This document shows, piece after piece, positions 14,008 to 28,100 of a DNA stretch of 64,000 bases. The translations under genes and the position numbers were made by a program. The stretch is from Bugula neritina. Lineage: Eukaryota > Animalia > Bryozoa. The notes below the pieces were generated by a model. The model saw nothing but the letters and a program-made list of their open reading frames with translations, was not told the DNA's origin and made no database searches. Where the stretch lies: the NCBI GenBank assembly GCA_964035545.1, contig OZ037772.1:3749538-3813537 (forward strand). The letters are read 5' to 3'. Numbering within the stretch: the first letter of the stretch is position 1; every line of letters begins with the position of its first letter.

Positions 14008-15126
14008 GCACTCGTAAGTGTTTATCTTGTATCAACCATGACTTTCTCAGTATTATTTTAGAATATCCAAAAGTTTTTTTGTTGAGAATTGTCGCTATAG
14101 TAACATATTGGTTTCCTGTATGGATGTTGATAAGTGTTGCTATAGTAACATGTTGGTTTCCTGTATGGATTGTAGTTTGAGTATCTGGCAGAGTTTTCCT
14201 AACTCAACTTTCTTCAAATTCACTCTGAGAGAGCAAACCCAGACTGACAGGCAATAGTCACTGCCAACAGTTTATCAAATAGTCACTAGTTGCTAGTCAC
14301 CAGATACTAGTCCTCTACTATGTTGCTAGTCACTTGATAATCTGAACAATCACAGGCCTTTTTAAAGCTGAGCAAGTTGTTGGTATGACTATTCCATTTG
14401 CTGATTGTAGATGTATAAACTCAGTTGCAGTAGAAGACGCATATGGTAGGAAGAATAATTGTCAGTCATTTTATATACAGCTGGTGAAAAAGAATACACA
14501 GCAACAGATAGCAGGTTCCAATATTCTGTGCTGCAGGATGATTGCAAGGTATGTAAATCTGACCTATATACTGCAAATCTGACCTATAAAGTGTAAATCT
14601 AATTTATATGGTGTAATTTCGATCTGCACTTGAACATGATTGCGATAGTTGCATCTTTTTTCTGTTAATATGCAATATAGCTTGCCTTTGAGTCTTTTTA
14701 ATAACTACTTATGACTTCAACCCAAAAGCCACTTTGAGTGCTGTACGAGTTTAGAGCTCAGACAGAGATTGACACCAAGACCGCCACCCACTTGCCTATT
14801 ATTGACATTGCTCTTGGTGACATCGGGACCACCCACAAAGAGTTTGGGGTTCAGCTAGGGAGGGTGTTATGCCCCTCCCTGTGACTTTATTTATTTAGAA
14901 ACTGTTGTTAATTTAGTAATTCTGTTGGTGCATTTAACAGACGCTAGTTAGACATTCCAGCATAGCAATACATAAATAATGTAAATTTCATAACAAAATC
15001 ACTCAGCCATACGCAACTATCTGATGCGCGTAGCTTGCACTAAGTGAAACAATATTGTAGTCAATAAAATGAATATATAAGTTTATTATTATATCCGAAA
15101 TTGTATCAGTACCAAATATAAATATT

Positions 15127-15163
<37 letters not shown>

Positions 15164-15449
15164 TAATTATCCTTATGCAGCCCAGAGAGAAACTCAGTCA
15201 TCATGAACTTCAATGTAAATAATTTTAATATAAAATAATACATATTATGATATAATATAATATTATATTACTCTTTCGGGATAATCATTCTATTTATACT
15301 AACACCTGTTTATTTGAAGTACTTTAATAAGTTTTACTTTAAATTTATTTCTCAAACCAGCATGTCAGTTAAATATAAAAGTTAAATTACACATACAACA
15401 TATAGACATGTAGTGATATACATTATAATACATATTATGTTGGTGAATT

Positions 15450-16255
15450 GCTATACAGTATATTATGTTATACATTATATTATGTTATACAGTATACTAT
15501 GTTATACAGTATATTATGTTATACAGTATAATATGTTTTACAGTATATTATGTTATACAGTATATTATGTCATACTGTATATTATGTTTTACAGTATATT
15601 ATGGTATACAGTATCTTATGTTATACAGTATATTATGTTATACAGTATACTATGTTATACAGTGTATTATGTTATACAGTATACTATGTTATACAGTATA
15701 TTATGTTATACAGTATACTATGTCATACAGTATATTATGTCATACAGTATATTATGTCATACAGTATACTATGTTATACAGTATACTATGTTATACAGTA
15801 TACAATGTTATACAGTATACTATGTTATACAGTATATTATGTTATACAGTATACTATGTCATACAGTATATTATGTCATACAGTATATTACGTTATACAG
15901 TATATTATGTTATACAGTATATTATGTAATACAGTATACTATGTTATACAGTATATTATGTTATACAGTATATTATGTTATACAGTATATTATGTTATAC
16001 AGTATACTATGTTATACAGTATACTATGTTATACAGTATACAATGTTATACAGTATACTATGTTATACAGTATATTATGTTATACAGTATACTATGTCAT
16101 ACAGTATATTATGTCATACAGTATATTACGTTATACAGTATATTATGTTATACAGTATATTATGTAATACAGTATACTATGTTATACAGTATATTATGTT
16201 ATACAGTATATTATGTCATACAGTATATTATGTTATACAGTGTATAATGTTATAC
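15450..16255. repeat. 17-bp minisatellite (tatacagtatattatgt), ~47 units, copy 1
   Basis: Tandem array with variant units; produces the spurious YSILCYTVYYVIQYIML ORFs. Confidence 0.97.
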
Positions 16256-17631
16256 ATAGACTGGAGTATGATTTATTAATCCAATCAGATCCAAGTATGA
16301 ACTGCGTGTTCCTGTAAAGTACAGCCAATCATAATCCTGTGCCAACTTTAGTGTCTCACAGTTAGTGAACTGCAAGAAAACCAACTCATTCACCACCATG
16401 TCAGTCAAATAATATAATATAAAGTATATTTGTAGCAACAGCTGGGCTGAGGTGAAACTCTACCAGTCTATATTCTTACACGCAGATCACATGCATATTT
16501 AATTAATTTAACATTTTAAAAATAAACTTAAAATCCAAGAATTTAAAATATGAAACAAAATAATGTGTCCTATAAAAATAGCACAGCTTCTTAGAAGCAA
16601 GTATTTTACACTTGAACATGCAGAATTTGTACAGCTTATAATGATGACATTGTTGAATTGATACACACCTCTGATTGGATGTGTTTTACATAATAAAACA
16701 ATTGTTCATCACTTTTATTATTAGTCTAAGGTTGACAATAATTTACACTGTTATAGTTATTGGTTGTAAACTGATTAGTTCATCATTAAGTACTTGTTTG
16801 CTGCTGCCTGGTTTATAACTGCTTATCACAATTTTAATAACAAGGAAATTATCTTCTCTTGTTGTCTCCAGGTTTTACTGTATTTGACAGGTTTCCCTGT
16901 TAATAAAGTAATCTTATACTGATACTGATGACATCCACAAATGCTTGTGTAGGGAACAATTGACTCTTCTCTACAACAGGAAAAGAATTGGTAAGACACG
17001 TACCAATAATATTACATAGCTTATTTTATCAATTTACTTATCCTTAATTTTATTGATTAAAAGTTACTTGCATGTAGGCTGTTTTATAAATTGTTCCTAT
17101 AAGACTAATTTGGGTGTACCTATACAATACTAGGATTACATACGACTGTGGGATTATGCTGGGTACACATTAAATCATAGACAGTGTCAATAGTAGTTAC
17201 GGTAGACTTTGCTCTTGGTGAGTTTGTTGGAAGAATTTACAGTCCAGTTCTTAGTGATGGAAAATTTTAATCTGCAGAGCAACTCTAGTTGAAAAACTGT
17301 CATCTAAAATTTGTTACTTCAAGTACTATACAAATATTATTATTAGCTTGACATTTCTTATCATTAAGGGGTGTTTAGTATAAATATAATACTTGAGATA
17401 AACATTCTCATGTGATATAATGTAACCTAAAGTTATATCATATGACTTGACTATCTCTACTAGAGTTAGGGTGGGTCACCTGACAGCCCACACATCTCCA
17501 TACACTACAACACATACTGTAGGAACACTGGCACAGCTGAGGCTAGGCTGACTAATAAGTATGGAATAGTTGACCCAGCAGTTAGATACTTTGTTATAGA
17601 TACTTTAACTTTCTAGTAGTAGAAATAAAAG

Positions 17632-18036
17632 CAAGAGTGTCCAACCTTTTCAGAGCGAGGGCCACTGCATGAAAGCAATTAATACTTCATGATGAAGGCC
17701 ATATTGGACACGTTAGCTTGCTCTGATGGCCACAGCATCAGTATTTTTAAATTTACTTTATTCCAAATTCCTATAAATCGCTGCACAATAAAGTTGATCC
17801 AATAGTTACTGTTTTATAGCATGTGTATAAATAAGACATTAGAAAGATAGCTTCTCACTCTAATCCATGTATACATGTGAAATATTGTTTTAGTTTTTTG
17901 CCTTTGAGGGCCACATATAAATGTAGGCTGAGAGCCACATAAATGTGGGCTGAGGGCCACATAAATGTAGGCTGGGGGCCACATAAATGTAGGCTGGGGG
18001 CCACTTCCGGCCTGGGCCGCCTGTTGAAAAGCCCTG
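17632..18036. mobile_element. hAT-like MITE with internal 21-bp tandem repeats (ggggccacataaatgtaggct), copy 1
   Basis: Ends caagagtgtccaacctttt...gagggccac and ggccgcctgttgaaaagccctg resemble hAT CAGGG-type termini; TSD not preserved. Confidence 0.5.
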
Positions 18037-18678
18037 CTTTAAACAGTTGGTATGTTAGTATGCCAGTGACCAAAAATTTAATGATCACTCTAGTGTTATT
18101 TTACACTTAATGCAATTCAAATATTGTACATAATAATCTACTATACTCCATTAGTATAGTATAGTAATTGTAACCACCTGCAGGATGGTCACATGACCAC
18201 TGCTACTTCTCAGACAGTTCACTAAATGACAGAATAAGAAGAATGATAGCTGATCAGATGTATAATAACATAGTTTATCAGTTCACTTGAAATCTTAAAT
18301 TATTTTTGTTGAAAGTTAGTTGCTTGCATTTTAAAACTTGTTAATAAAACTATTATAACTATACAATACTAGGTTTATATGTGACTGCAATGGAATATTT
18401 ACAATGAAATTTACAGTCCAGTTCTTCGTGATAGAAATTTTTTATCTGCAGAAGAGCTCTAACTGAAAAACTGTTATCTAAAGTTTGTTACTTAAAGTAC
18501 TATACAAATATTATTAGCAGCTTGACATTTGTTATCATTAAGGGGTGTTTAACATAAATATAATACTTGAGATAAACATTCTCATGTGATATAATGTAAC
18601 CTGAAGTTATATCATATGACTTGACTATCTCTACTAGAGTTAGGGTGGGTCACCTGACAGCCCACACATATCTACACT

Positions 18679-19237
18679 GGTGTCAGGTGATAATGGTACA
18701 ATTGGCAAAATAGGTAAAACTAGCACATTTTCAATATTAAGGTTTGAGGCAGGTTAAGTAGTTAGGAAGGAGTTAAGGTTTGAGAATGAGTTTGGGGTTT
18801 GGGTTTTGAGTTTGTGGTTTACCCTCCTAATTACGCTTAACGTACTGTACGCCATAACAGCAAATTTCAGCCATTCCTGGCATAAGTTGCAGCGTTAATC
18901 AAGCACTGCGTGGCTCAAAAAATCACACCAGGCAGAGTTGATATGGTACTATAAAATTTATAAAATACTTTCCGCTGGTTTGTTTTAATCGCTTATTGTT
19001 GATTTAATTTAATAAATTCAAAAGTTTCAAAGGATTAAAATATCTTTTTCCCCTTGCTTAAATTAAACTCAGCTTAAAAATGTAGATTTCACTAATTACT
19101 AAAGTATGCAAACCAACAATGTAAAAATTAATTGGACAGCTTAAATATTTTTATTATTCAAATTAGTTTGCACAATTATATATTTAATGGACACATATAT
19201 TTAAAGGAGAGGTTTCTTTTTTTAAATACTTTTATCT
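18679..19237. mobile_element. Left half of a TIR DNA transposon (Mutator-like), unit 1
   Basis: Starts ggtgtcaggtgataatgg, an imperfect inverse of ccattattacctaaaatc at 39797-39814 in unit 2. Sequence is shared with 38798-39357. Confidence 0.45.
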
Positions 19238-20539
19238 GCTTTAAACAGTTGGTTATATATTAGTATGCCAGTGACCTAAAATGTAATGGTCACTCTAGTG
19301 TTACTTTACACTTAACACAATTCAAATATTGTATATAATAATCTACTATACTCCATTAGTATAGTATAGTAATTGTAACCACCTGCAGGATGGTCACATG
19401 ACCACTGCTACTTCTCAGACAGTTTACTAAATGACAGAATGAGAAGACTGATGGCTGATCAGATGTATAATAACATAGTTTATCAGTTCACTTGAAGTCT
19501 TAAATTATTTTTGTTGAAAGTTAGTTGCTTGCATTTTAAAACTTGTTAATAAAACTATTATAACTATACAATACTAAGTTTATATGTGACTGCAATGGAA
19601 TATTTACAATGAAATTTACAGTCCAGTTCTTCGTGATGGAAATTTTTTATCTGCAGAAGAGCTCTAACTGAAAAACTGTTATCTAAAGTTTGTTACTTAA
19701 AGTACTATACAAATATTATTAGCAGCTTGACATTTCTTATCATTAAGAGGTGTTTAATATAAATATAATACTTGAGATAAACATTCTCATGTGATATAAT
19801 GTAGCCTGATGATATCATATGACTTGACTATTTCTACTAGAGTTAGGGTGGGTCACCCCACAGCCCACACATACAACTACACTATACACCACATGCTGTA
19901 GGAACACTGGCACAGCTGAGGCTAGGCTGACTAATAGGTATGGAATAGTTGACCCAGCAGTTATATACTTTGTTATAGAAACTCTAACTTTCTAGTATTA
20001 GAATATAAATAATTCTCTAAAGAGTTGGTATATCAAAAAGAAAGTCACTCAACACCAATTAACTTGGTTGTCTCAATCAGAGCTGGTCTCTGTGTAGTTC
20101 AGTTTGTTTTAAAGGATCTCTGAAGCTTCCCCAGTCTTTATGAGCTCTCTTTAGATATATACAATAGTTTGAATACAATACAAAGACAATTATTGTTAAC
20201 ACATGTCAAGTAACAGAACAGGAATAAGGCCTCTCTGATAGTTATTTGAATATCTACAAGAAGTATAACCAAATATACAATAATAACTACATATCTAGAA
20301 ACATGTAGAATATTATACTAGAAGAAATCTCTTGTAACAAAGTATTGTTACATAACTGGAAAATAGAGAAACTATATTTCACAATTCAGAACACAATCTG
20401 CAATCAGCATTCAGTGCTGAAATTAAGCAAAAGCGATGACAGTTCTTATATGAATATAATAATATCATAAATGTAAATAATGATAATGATATTATATTCA
20501 TATACCAAATGTCATTGCAGTTCCCTAAGCCAAGCGTAA

Positions 20540-20660
20540 CTGGTTATTGTATGTCACGTGACTCAACAAATACACGCCCCTTCCGTTGTAACATCATAAC
20601 GTCATTGAACACAGTCATTCACACGTTGACTGAAGAGGACTACACATTGATAACTCGGAG
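20540..20660 (+). promoter_or_regulatory. Putative TRIM copy 1 promoter and non-coding first exon
   Basis: Local CpG enrichment, palindromic E-box gtcacgtgac (20553-20562), cacgcccc GC-box-like motif, Inr-like tcattc, and a donor GAG|gttagt at 20660. The next strong acceptor (22077) lies 23 nt before the ATG. Conserved in unit 2. Confidence 0.45.
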
Positions 20661-22100
20661 GTTAGTATAACATTTATAGACTTAGTTTATCAATAGTCGG
20701 CAATCAGTATAAGTATTACATTTACTACATTACTATAACTATTAGAATTAGATTCAGTGTTGCAATCAGTTTTAATACCACGCTCGCTACCATCATCATT
20801 AAATTTATTTAAAATGATTATCTTAACAAGTTATACTTATAGTAGGTTTATTAATATTATTATTTATAACCAGTGAGTCACTTATCTTTACTTTGTGAAT
20901 TCATGATTGTAAAATTATCATACTTATAATATTTATTGCGAATTTTTAAATTCATGTGACACTTACTCAATTTGAATATCAGAATATCTTACCACTGGCA
21001 CTAGTCAGTTATTAATGACGGTGCATAGTGATCACTGCATGTGATACATTGTCATACCCTGCACATTCCCATGCACTGCCCTTCTGTATTCATTGTGAAT
21101 AGCATATTTAGTTGGCTTATATTATTTTACTCAGCTTTGATTATACAACTAACATGTACTGCACTGCTCTAATTTATGTAACAACACTAGTTGCTGCTAT
21201 CTTTACCTCTAAATTTATATCATTTAAAAAACTAACATAGTTACATGATAGGTATTAAAATTAAAGTTACATAATTGGAATTGACTATTCTATAGATTAC
21301 TGAGAATATAAGGTTAGCCGCATTTATATGATGTTGTAGACATAAAATATGAGGTTAGTGTTAATAAATCATTTGCTAGGTAAGAGTGTAGAATAAATAA
21401 TTGGCTAGAGATGAGTGTAGAAGCTGCCAACTCATGAAACAACTACACCTGACCTAACAGAAGCACAAACATGTTAAATTAGTTTGTTTCACACCACCAT
21501 AGTTTCTATTAGATGATTAGAATAGCAAACTAGCAATTGATGGCTTTTTCCCTGGCTGGTGGAAGAGTGACTCTAAGTAACATATTAAATCATGCATCAC
21601 TAACACTGCAGAAATGTTAAAATGAGTTTTGTCATGTAGATTATCAAGGAAACAAAGAATTTCCAACACCCAGCACAAAATATTTCATAGAACTATGTTT
21701 TCTCAAACTGCTATGTTCCCCCTGTTTAGTTTCTCACTCATGCTATACACTCCTTGTTCATAGTACACCCTGGGAAGGAACAAAGTCTATCGTATGCTCA
21801 AGTGTAGACTCTGTCCCAGTAGTGTGTCAAAATACTCAGTTAGAAACACATTATTATTGGGAGTTCATGAAGTCTCCAGCTTACGTAAGCAGCTGAGCCC
21901 AATTCTGCTGTTTGTTCATGAAATTAATACATAACTCACCGGTATTCATGTTTCACTTCTACTCTACATATTGATGGTCTGGTTATGACTTAGAACTTAA
22001 TAGGCCAGTCTTTGGTTGGGAAACCTTCACAGATGTAGTGTAAAATATTATGCTAAGAGTATGTGTATCTTTTACAGGATTACCTTATTATATAACCAAG

Positions 22101-25100
22101 ATGGCAGAATCCAGAGTTGTGAAAAGAAGACTAAACAATTCATATCGCTGTGGGTACTGCTCGCAGTACTTCAACAAACTTGAAGATCCCAGAACTCTGC
22201 CCTGTCTGCATGTGTACTGCATGAGATGTTTGAAGACTGACATCGGTGGTAGGAAGAATCATATCAGATGTGCTTATTGTAGGTGAGTTACAGTACATAA
22301 CACTATATATCATGTCATAGGCTTGCATATGATTTTCTCACTATCATCTAGGAGTTGTCTGATCTGTGTCTATGAAAAGCAAACAATACTGTATATTCTA
22401 TGTGAACTCTGGTTACTAACTTGTGGAGTGTGTGGATATCTTCTCATTAGGTAGAGAAAATATCTGTTATGTAGATTACATCATCGGCTGTCCTCTCTTG
22501 TTGAATTGTGGTGCTGTTGGATGTCATGGGAATGGGGTTGTCTCCTCATTATATTATTTTGTTCTCATACAGTACAGACTTGTTAAAGCAGTCATTCCCA
22601 ACCTTTTTCATACCATTCCAACTCTCATACATGTTTACTGTTGATTCCCCTCCCTTTTGACAATCGGAAATTTTTATGAGTGACAAAATGATAATATAGA
22701 TTACAATGCAATATTTTTCCATTACATTTAAATACAATATTATAGTTATTTCTGATAATCATATTATGCATGTGTAAAACACAGAGCAGTTCAATTAATG
22801 ATATTATGGCTGCAGCTGATGACATTGTAGGCTACCAGCTTGCTTTCAAACCTCCCACCCCAACCCTTAAACCCCAACCCCAATATTGTAATTAAAAACA
22901 CATTCATGTAGAAGTAGACTGAGATGGCAGAACTGGTTAAATAGATAAGCTAAGATGAAGGCTTATAGATATACATGTGCATGTAACTTGCAAGGGCTCA
23001 AAAGTCTTCAACAAACTGCTTGAAATTTTTGAAATCAAAATCTCAGCTCTCCCTAAAAAGCCCAAATTCCCTCTTAGAAGAATCCCCAAGGTGGGGAACC
23101 ACTGTGTTGGATTGACTTGTGTTTACTATCTTCTTTCCTGCAATTAGAAATATGTATGATGTTGTCATGACAACAGAGTTGCTGTGGCACAAAGTACAGT
23201 TTACTAGTATGTAGTGATTGTGTAGTGAGAGTGGAGTGTCTGGATATTGTCCATGGTTATGTGTAATCTGTAAGGAGTAGAATTATATTATTTTAATATA
23301 ATGTTGAGGTACTTTTATAATGGCAGTTTGCTCAATAGCTTTAGTTCTAATGCGATAGACTCATAGCTCTGGAGTCTAGCAGCTGCTACTATTACCACTA
23401 TAGCTGTTCAAAATTCGACCAACATCCAGGCTGCCAAAGTGTAATAGCCATTGACAAGGCCAAGCAGTCACTGGGAAATTATTTGACTGAAGAGCAGGTC
23501 TTAGGACAATTAGTAGTCAGTCCCTTAGACAGGAAACAGTGATTCTGTGACCTATTTAGTTAAATCCAATGCTGAAATTTTGATAGATTATTAGATAGCC
23601 ATCACAATTGTATTTGGTAGTGAGTTGTACTATATATTATTATGGGGTGTCAATCAGTGTGTAATATAATCTGTGAATTGAGTGTCTCCTTTAGCTTTGA
23701 TGAGTTGATTACTTCTTCTACCATCAGTCAGTTGTATTGAGTCATGAATAGTGTTGAGGATTTGGGCCTATATTATGCCACCCCCCCCCCCCTCTGACTT
23801 AGACTGTGACCCAACCTGCTGCACATACATAGTAGTACTACACTGAAGATAGTTAACATGTGTATATATCATATACATATATATATGTATATATCATATA
23901 CATATATATATATAACATATATATATATACATGCATATATCATCCTACTAGTAATGGATTACTAAGTACAAGTTATCCTATGACTCACTCTTCTTATGCT
24001 AGCTGCACGAGATAGACAACTCACACGTGACACGCACTCACAGTGCACTAGCTCTTGACATATTGCCAAGGGTGATGAAATGACAGTTTCGCACCACTCC
24101 TAGCAGTTAGAGTGGCAGGGAATAGTTGTAGTATGTTGTAGTATTGGCTCCTCAGAATTCACCCCTCAGTAATTAGCTGCATTACACAAAATTGCAACAA
24201 TAGTGAATAATTATTGACAATGTGGCCTCCACTCAGTAGTTAACTAGTAATTTGTCTTGTCATTTTACAATACAAGTTACAGTTGAGTCTATTTGTTGAG
24301 TAGCAGTTCTCTGTCATGAGTGACTATTTTCCAGCATATTAAGTACATAATATAGTCAAGTGTGTTTGTGTGATAGCCTGTGGTCTATATAATGAATGTG
24401 TGTTGATGAGTTATGAGTATTTATTTGAGTATTTGTCAAAGACATAGCTGTGTGTGTGGATGGAGTATTTCATTACTTGAGATATACTAAACACAGCTAA
24501 CACAGGTAACATACTGATTGCTATATATTGTAGGAAAGATCACTATGACATCACAGATCCCACAACACTACCAGTAGCTCAGCATGGAGACCCCTTAGAA
24601 TACAAGTCTCCACCCAAACCTGCACCCATTCCCTGCGATGTGTGTAAAGGTGGAACTGAAGCTGCTGTGTTTTGTCTTGATAGTCAAAAGAAATTGTGTC
24701 AGCAGCATCAAGAAGTGAGTCTTTCTTATATAATTTCTCAAAATTAGTTACTAAACCAGTTCTGGTTTGTATGTAGAATATTATTGAAAAGAAATGTTGA
24801 GTCTGTGTGACTTTTTATACTAAACACACAGTTTCACAGTGCAGTGAGTCAACTATGACAGACTTGTTGGTGAAAATACAACCAACTAAACTGTTGACCT
24901 TTATTATACAGAATCACAGAGAGCTGATGGGAGATAGACATCAGTTTATTGACATTGAGGTCTACAGAGCTTCTCCCCAAAGATATACTATAACTGAATG
25001 TGAACATCATAAAGAGGAACAGCTGACAGAAGTGTGTTCCAAGTGTCACCAGATATTCTGTATGAGATGTGATATGAGGACTGGCTGTAAGGATAAGACA

Positions 25101-28100
25101 GGTAATTACTTGCTGTTTCTATTTCTGTAGGAAGAAACTGAGAAATATTACAAGAACCTGTTATTTATTATTTTATTATTAAAGTGAGTTATGTAACAGT
25201 AAAAGAGGAAGTAAGTTTGTCAGCATTAAGGTTTGTGTGAGACAGAAGTGGATAGTGCAGGAGTTTATATTCTCACTGTTATGTTGAATATTTAGTATAT
25301 TTCATCCTTCAAGTGTCTGTTCCCTTGATAAGATGGTATAGGCATAGCTTTAACTCAGTGGTGTCCCACCTTCTTCATACCATCCTCCTTTTTATGAATG
25401 TTTTCTATTAAGTTTCCCCCCTTTTAAAAAATTGTAATTTCATTTATAAAGAAAATCTGGGACGGCTTGTTTTCCTAATGGTTCATTGAGTGTAGAAAAA
25501 AGCACTTTGTATTTAACATGAACCAGTGTCTGTCACAACTTCAGTTCAGCTTTGAAAGCATTGATGCTGGTATTAAAAGCAGTGAGTTGATGATTATGCT
25601 TCTTCATTTTAGGTTCAGATTTTTTAGTACAGCAAATATATCTACTAGGTATGAAGTAAATAGTTTATAGAGATCAGTTCGACTGACTGCAAAAACTTGC
25701 TGTTAGTTTTTTCCTTTCAAGAAACTTGTTAACTTCCATTCGCAGCTAGGATAGAGTGAATATTAGAGACATGAATGTAGAAGTAAACTTAGATTGTAAA
25801 ATGTAGTGTGGATAAATAAATGAACTACATAAAATGAAGGAGTTGTAGTTATACATACACAGTACATGTAATCTTGAAACCAAGGCAACAGCTCAAAGAG
25901 CTGGTAACAAACTGTGTGAAACGAAACCCCCTAAAAAGCCCACATTTCCTGCAAGGGAATTCCTCAAAGGTTGGAGCTACTGCTTTAATGTTTTTCAATT
26001 ATGTCATTCCAAGTGCAAGCAGGGAATAATGAGCTAAACATGTGACATCTTTCTAGAATGTTCCTTTGTGTGAATCACTGCTAGAGAAGGTTGAGCTATG
26101 ATTAACTCAGATAGCAATACTTGAGGCAGGGTCTAACTGTTTAGTTATTACATAGTATGTGTATAGTGATACATCATCAACCTGTAGGTACAGGTAGTAG
26201 GTGTAGGATAAGTACAATGTCATATCTAAAAATGCTTTTATAAATAGTGTGATTTTATGTATACAGAGGAGACAGTAGCATCCCATGACTTGGCATCTTT
26301 GAGTGATTTGTCTTGTGAGTTACGAGAAAGTCTGACTAGTGGGATAGAGACTCTGTCTGAGAAAGTTGCAGAGTTGAATGACATCTCAAAGGATGCCTGG
26401 AAAGAACTGAGTAAAATAGAAGATGAAGTGAAGAAGATGGTTGCCAGAGTAAACGCTAAAGCTAATGCTCAGGTATGCTGACATGATGATGTCATTGGAT
26501 GTATTTCTGTTTGGCTGAAATTATGTTATGCATCTGGTCTTTGAGTTTTAATCAGAAATGAATTTCATTTGCCACTAGAATCAACTGACCATTAAAGTAT
26601 TATCATTCTGTGAACAAGTAGCAGTAGTCATTCATCACATGTTACTCAGTGCAGAGGAACCTGTCAATACAGATGACTCACTCATCCTTCTGCAACTGTC
26701 AATCACTCACAGAGAGAGGTTGGCTGTGTGAGTGATTGACAGGTGTCAGGAGGAGGAGACTAGTCACGTGGTGTACTAGCTCTCTGCTGTGTATAGAGTG
26801 TCACGTGACTGAGTCATTGTCCACTCAGTGGGTGATCTGTTATTTTCATTTCAAGTGCAGAGGTTGTGAGGTGCAGATGTGGTTACACTGTGTTACTATT
26901 TATTAGATAGCAGAGATTAGAAAGAGAGCTACAAACCTGAGGCTAGAAATATATGGATATTTGAAGAGCTGCACACAGATAGTGGATAATTATAGAATAG
27001 AGCTGGCCTTGAGTAAGATAATGGGCAGACAGTCTCTGCTGGACACAGTACAACATGCAGTTGATAAGTTCAATGATGCAGGGATTGTGAGAGACTACAA
27101 AGAGATGAGTGAGAAGGTGGAAAAGGCTACAGATATTGGTGTAATAGAGAAGTGTGTACTTCCAGACAGCATCTTGGTACCAACATGTAGGTGGAGTCTA
27201 TAAATAGTAACACTAACTATAAATAACTTTCTGCTTGTAATCATGTGAGTTGCTTTCACTGAATATTTAAATAGTAGAATAAGTAGATAGAGTTTATTTA
27301 TTAGAGATTGAGTTTTGTTCTACTCTCACATTATGAGACATTTCTGCAGTGTTTCAGAGTTTATGATGTATAAGTGAGCTGCTAAACTGTGTTATGCTGA
27401 CTACCTGCTGTCAGTATTAACAAGATATTCTCACTTAGACCTGTGCATCACGTAGCAACTTGTAGTAACTGCAGACTGCTTGTATTTAAACATCTTTTCA
27501 TTTTAAGTATGAAAAGCTGTTCCCACCTCCTCAGGTGATGAGATTCTCAAGTTATAGAATTGTTATTTTGTTGTTGCAGACAGTGAAGACAGTCTGGGAC
27601 TGAAGCTGCTGCAGCCACCATCTTATCTGCAGTCTGATGGACTTCCTGTACGTGACTCGTGTTACACAGTAAACATCTCAGCTGATGGACATCTCATGTG
27701 TCAGACACCAGAAGGTGTAGAAGTAAGAAATAGAGACACTCTGGATACTATCAGCTCAGCGGAGGACACCAATACTACAGAGTGGGGGGAGATACTCCAA
27801 CCTGAAGGGGTGATGGTAGGCAGCTGGTATAACAAGAAGCAGAAAACAGCTGAAGTCTCACTTCTTGATCCGAACTCCTTTGAGAAGACTCGCTCCCTCT
27901 ACAAGCAGCCATTAGATGTACTCCTTTACTATAGAATAGCTCAGCACGACTCACTGCTCTATATTGTAGACTGGAGAGAGAATCAGCTGGTAGTCTGTAA
28001 TCTAGTTGACAATAAAATACAGAAGTTCCCACTTCCTGAGATGAAGATCCCTGACCCTGTATGCATCCTCCCAGACTCAACTCTCCTCATAGGAGACTGG

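Larger units (their letters stand above)
10247..14860 (+). pseudogene. Fibrillar collagen pseudogene, 3' part (Gly-X-Y exons plus C-propeptide/COLFI exons), copy 1
   Basis: Gly-X-Y exons at ~10247-10420, 10921-10989, 11310-11468, 11556-11693, 11961-12070, 12203-12390, 12471-12547, with Gly replaced by Asp/Arg/Glu, a TAA at 11341 and frameshifts. COLFI exons at ~13134-13229 (DGSKDSP..DCRELFTENPEFKSGTYW), from 13536 (VDTDGGSIANAIQAYC..., interrupted), 14410-14548 (CINSVA...YSVLQDDCK) and ~14765-14860 (LPIIDIALGDIGTTHKEFGVQLG, end deleted). Confidence 0.9.

Noticed and set aside
15413-16279. Long ORFs (up to 288 aa here, 435 aa at 35071-36515) of YSILCYTVYYVIQYIML repeats
   Set aside because: Artefact of a 17-bp minisatellite that is largely stop-free on the plus strand; open in all three frames.
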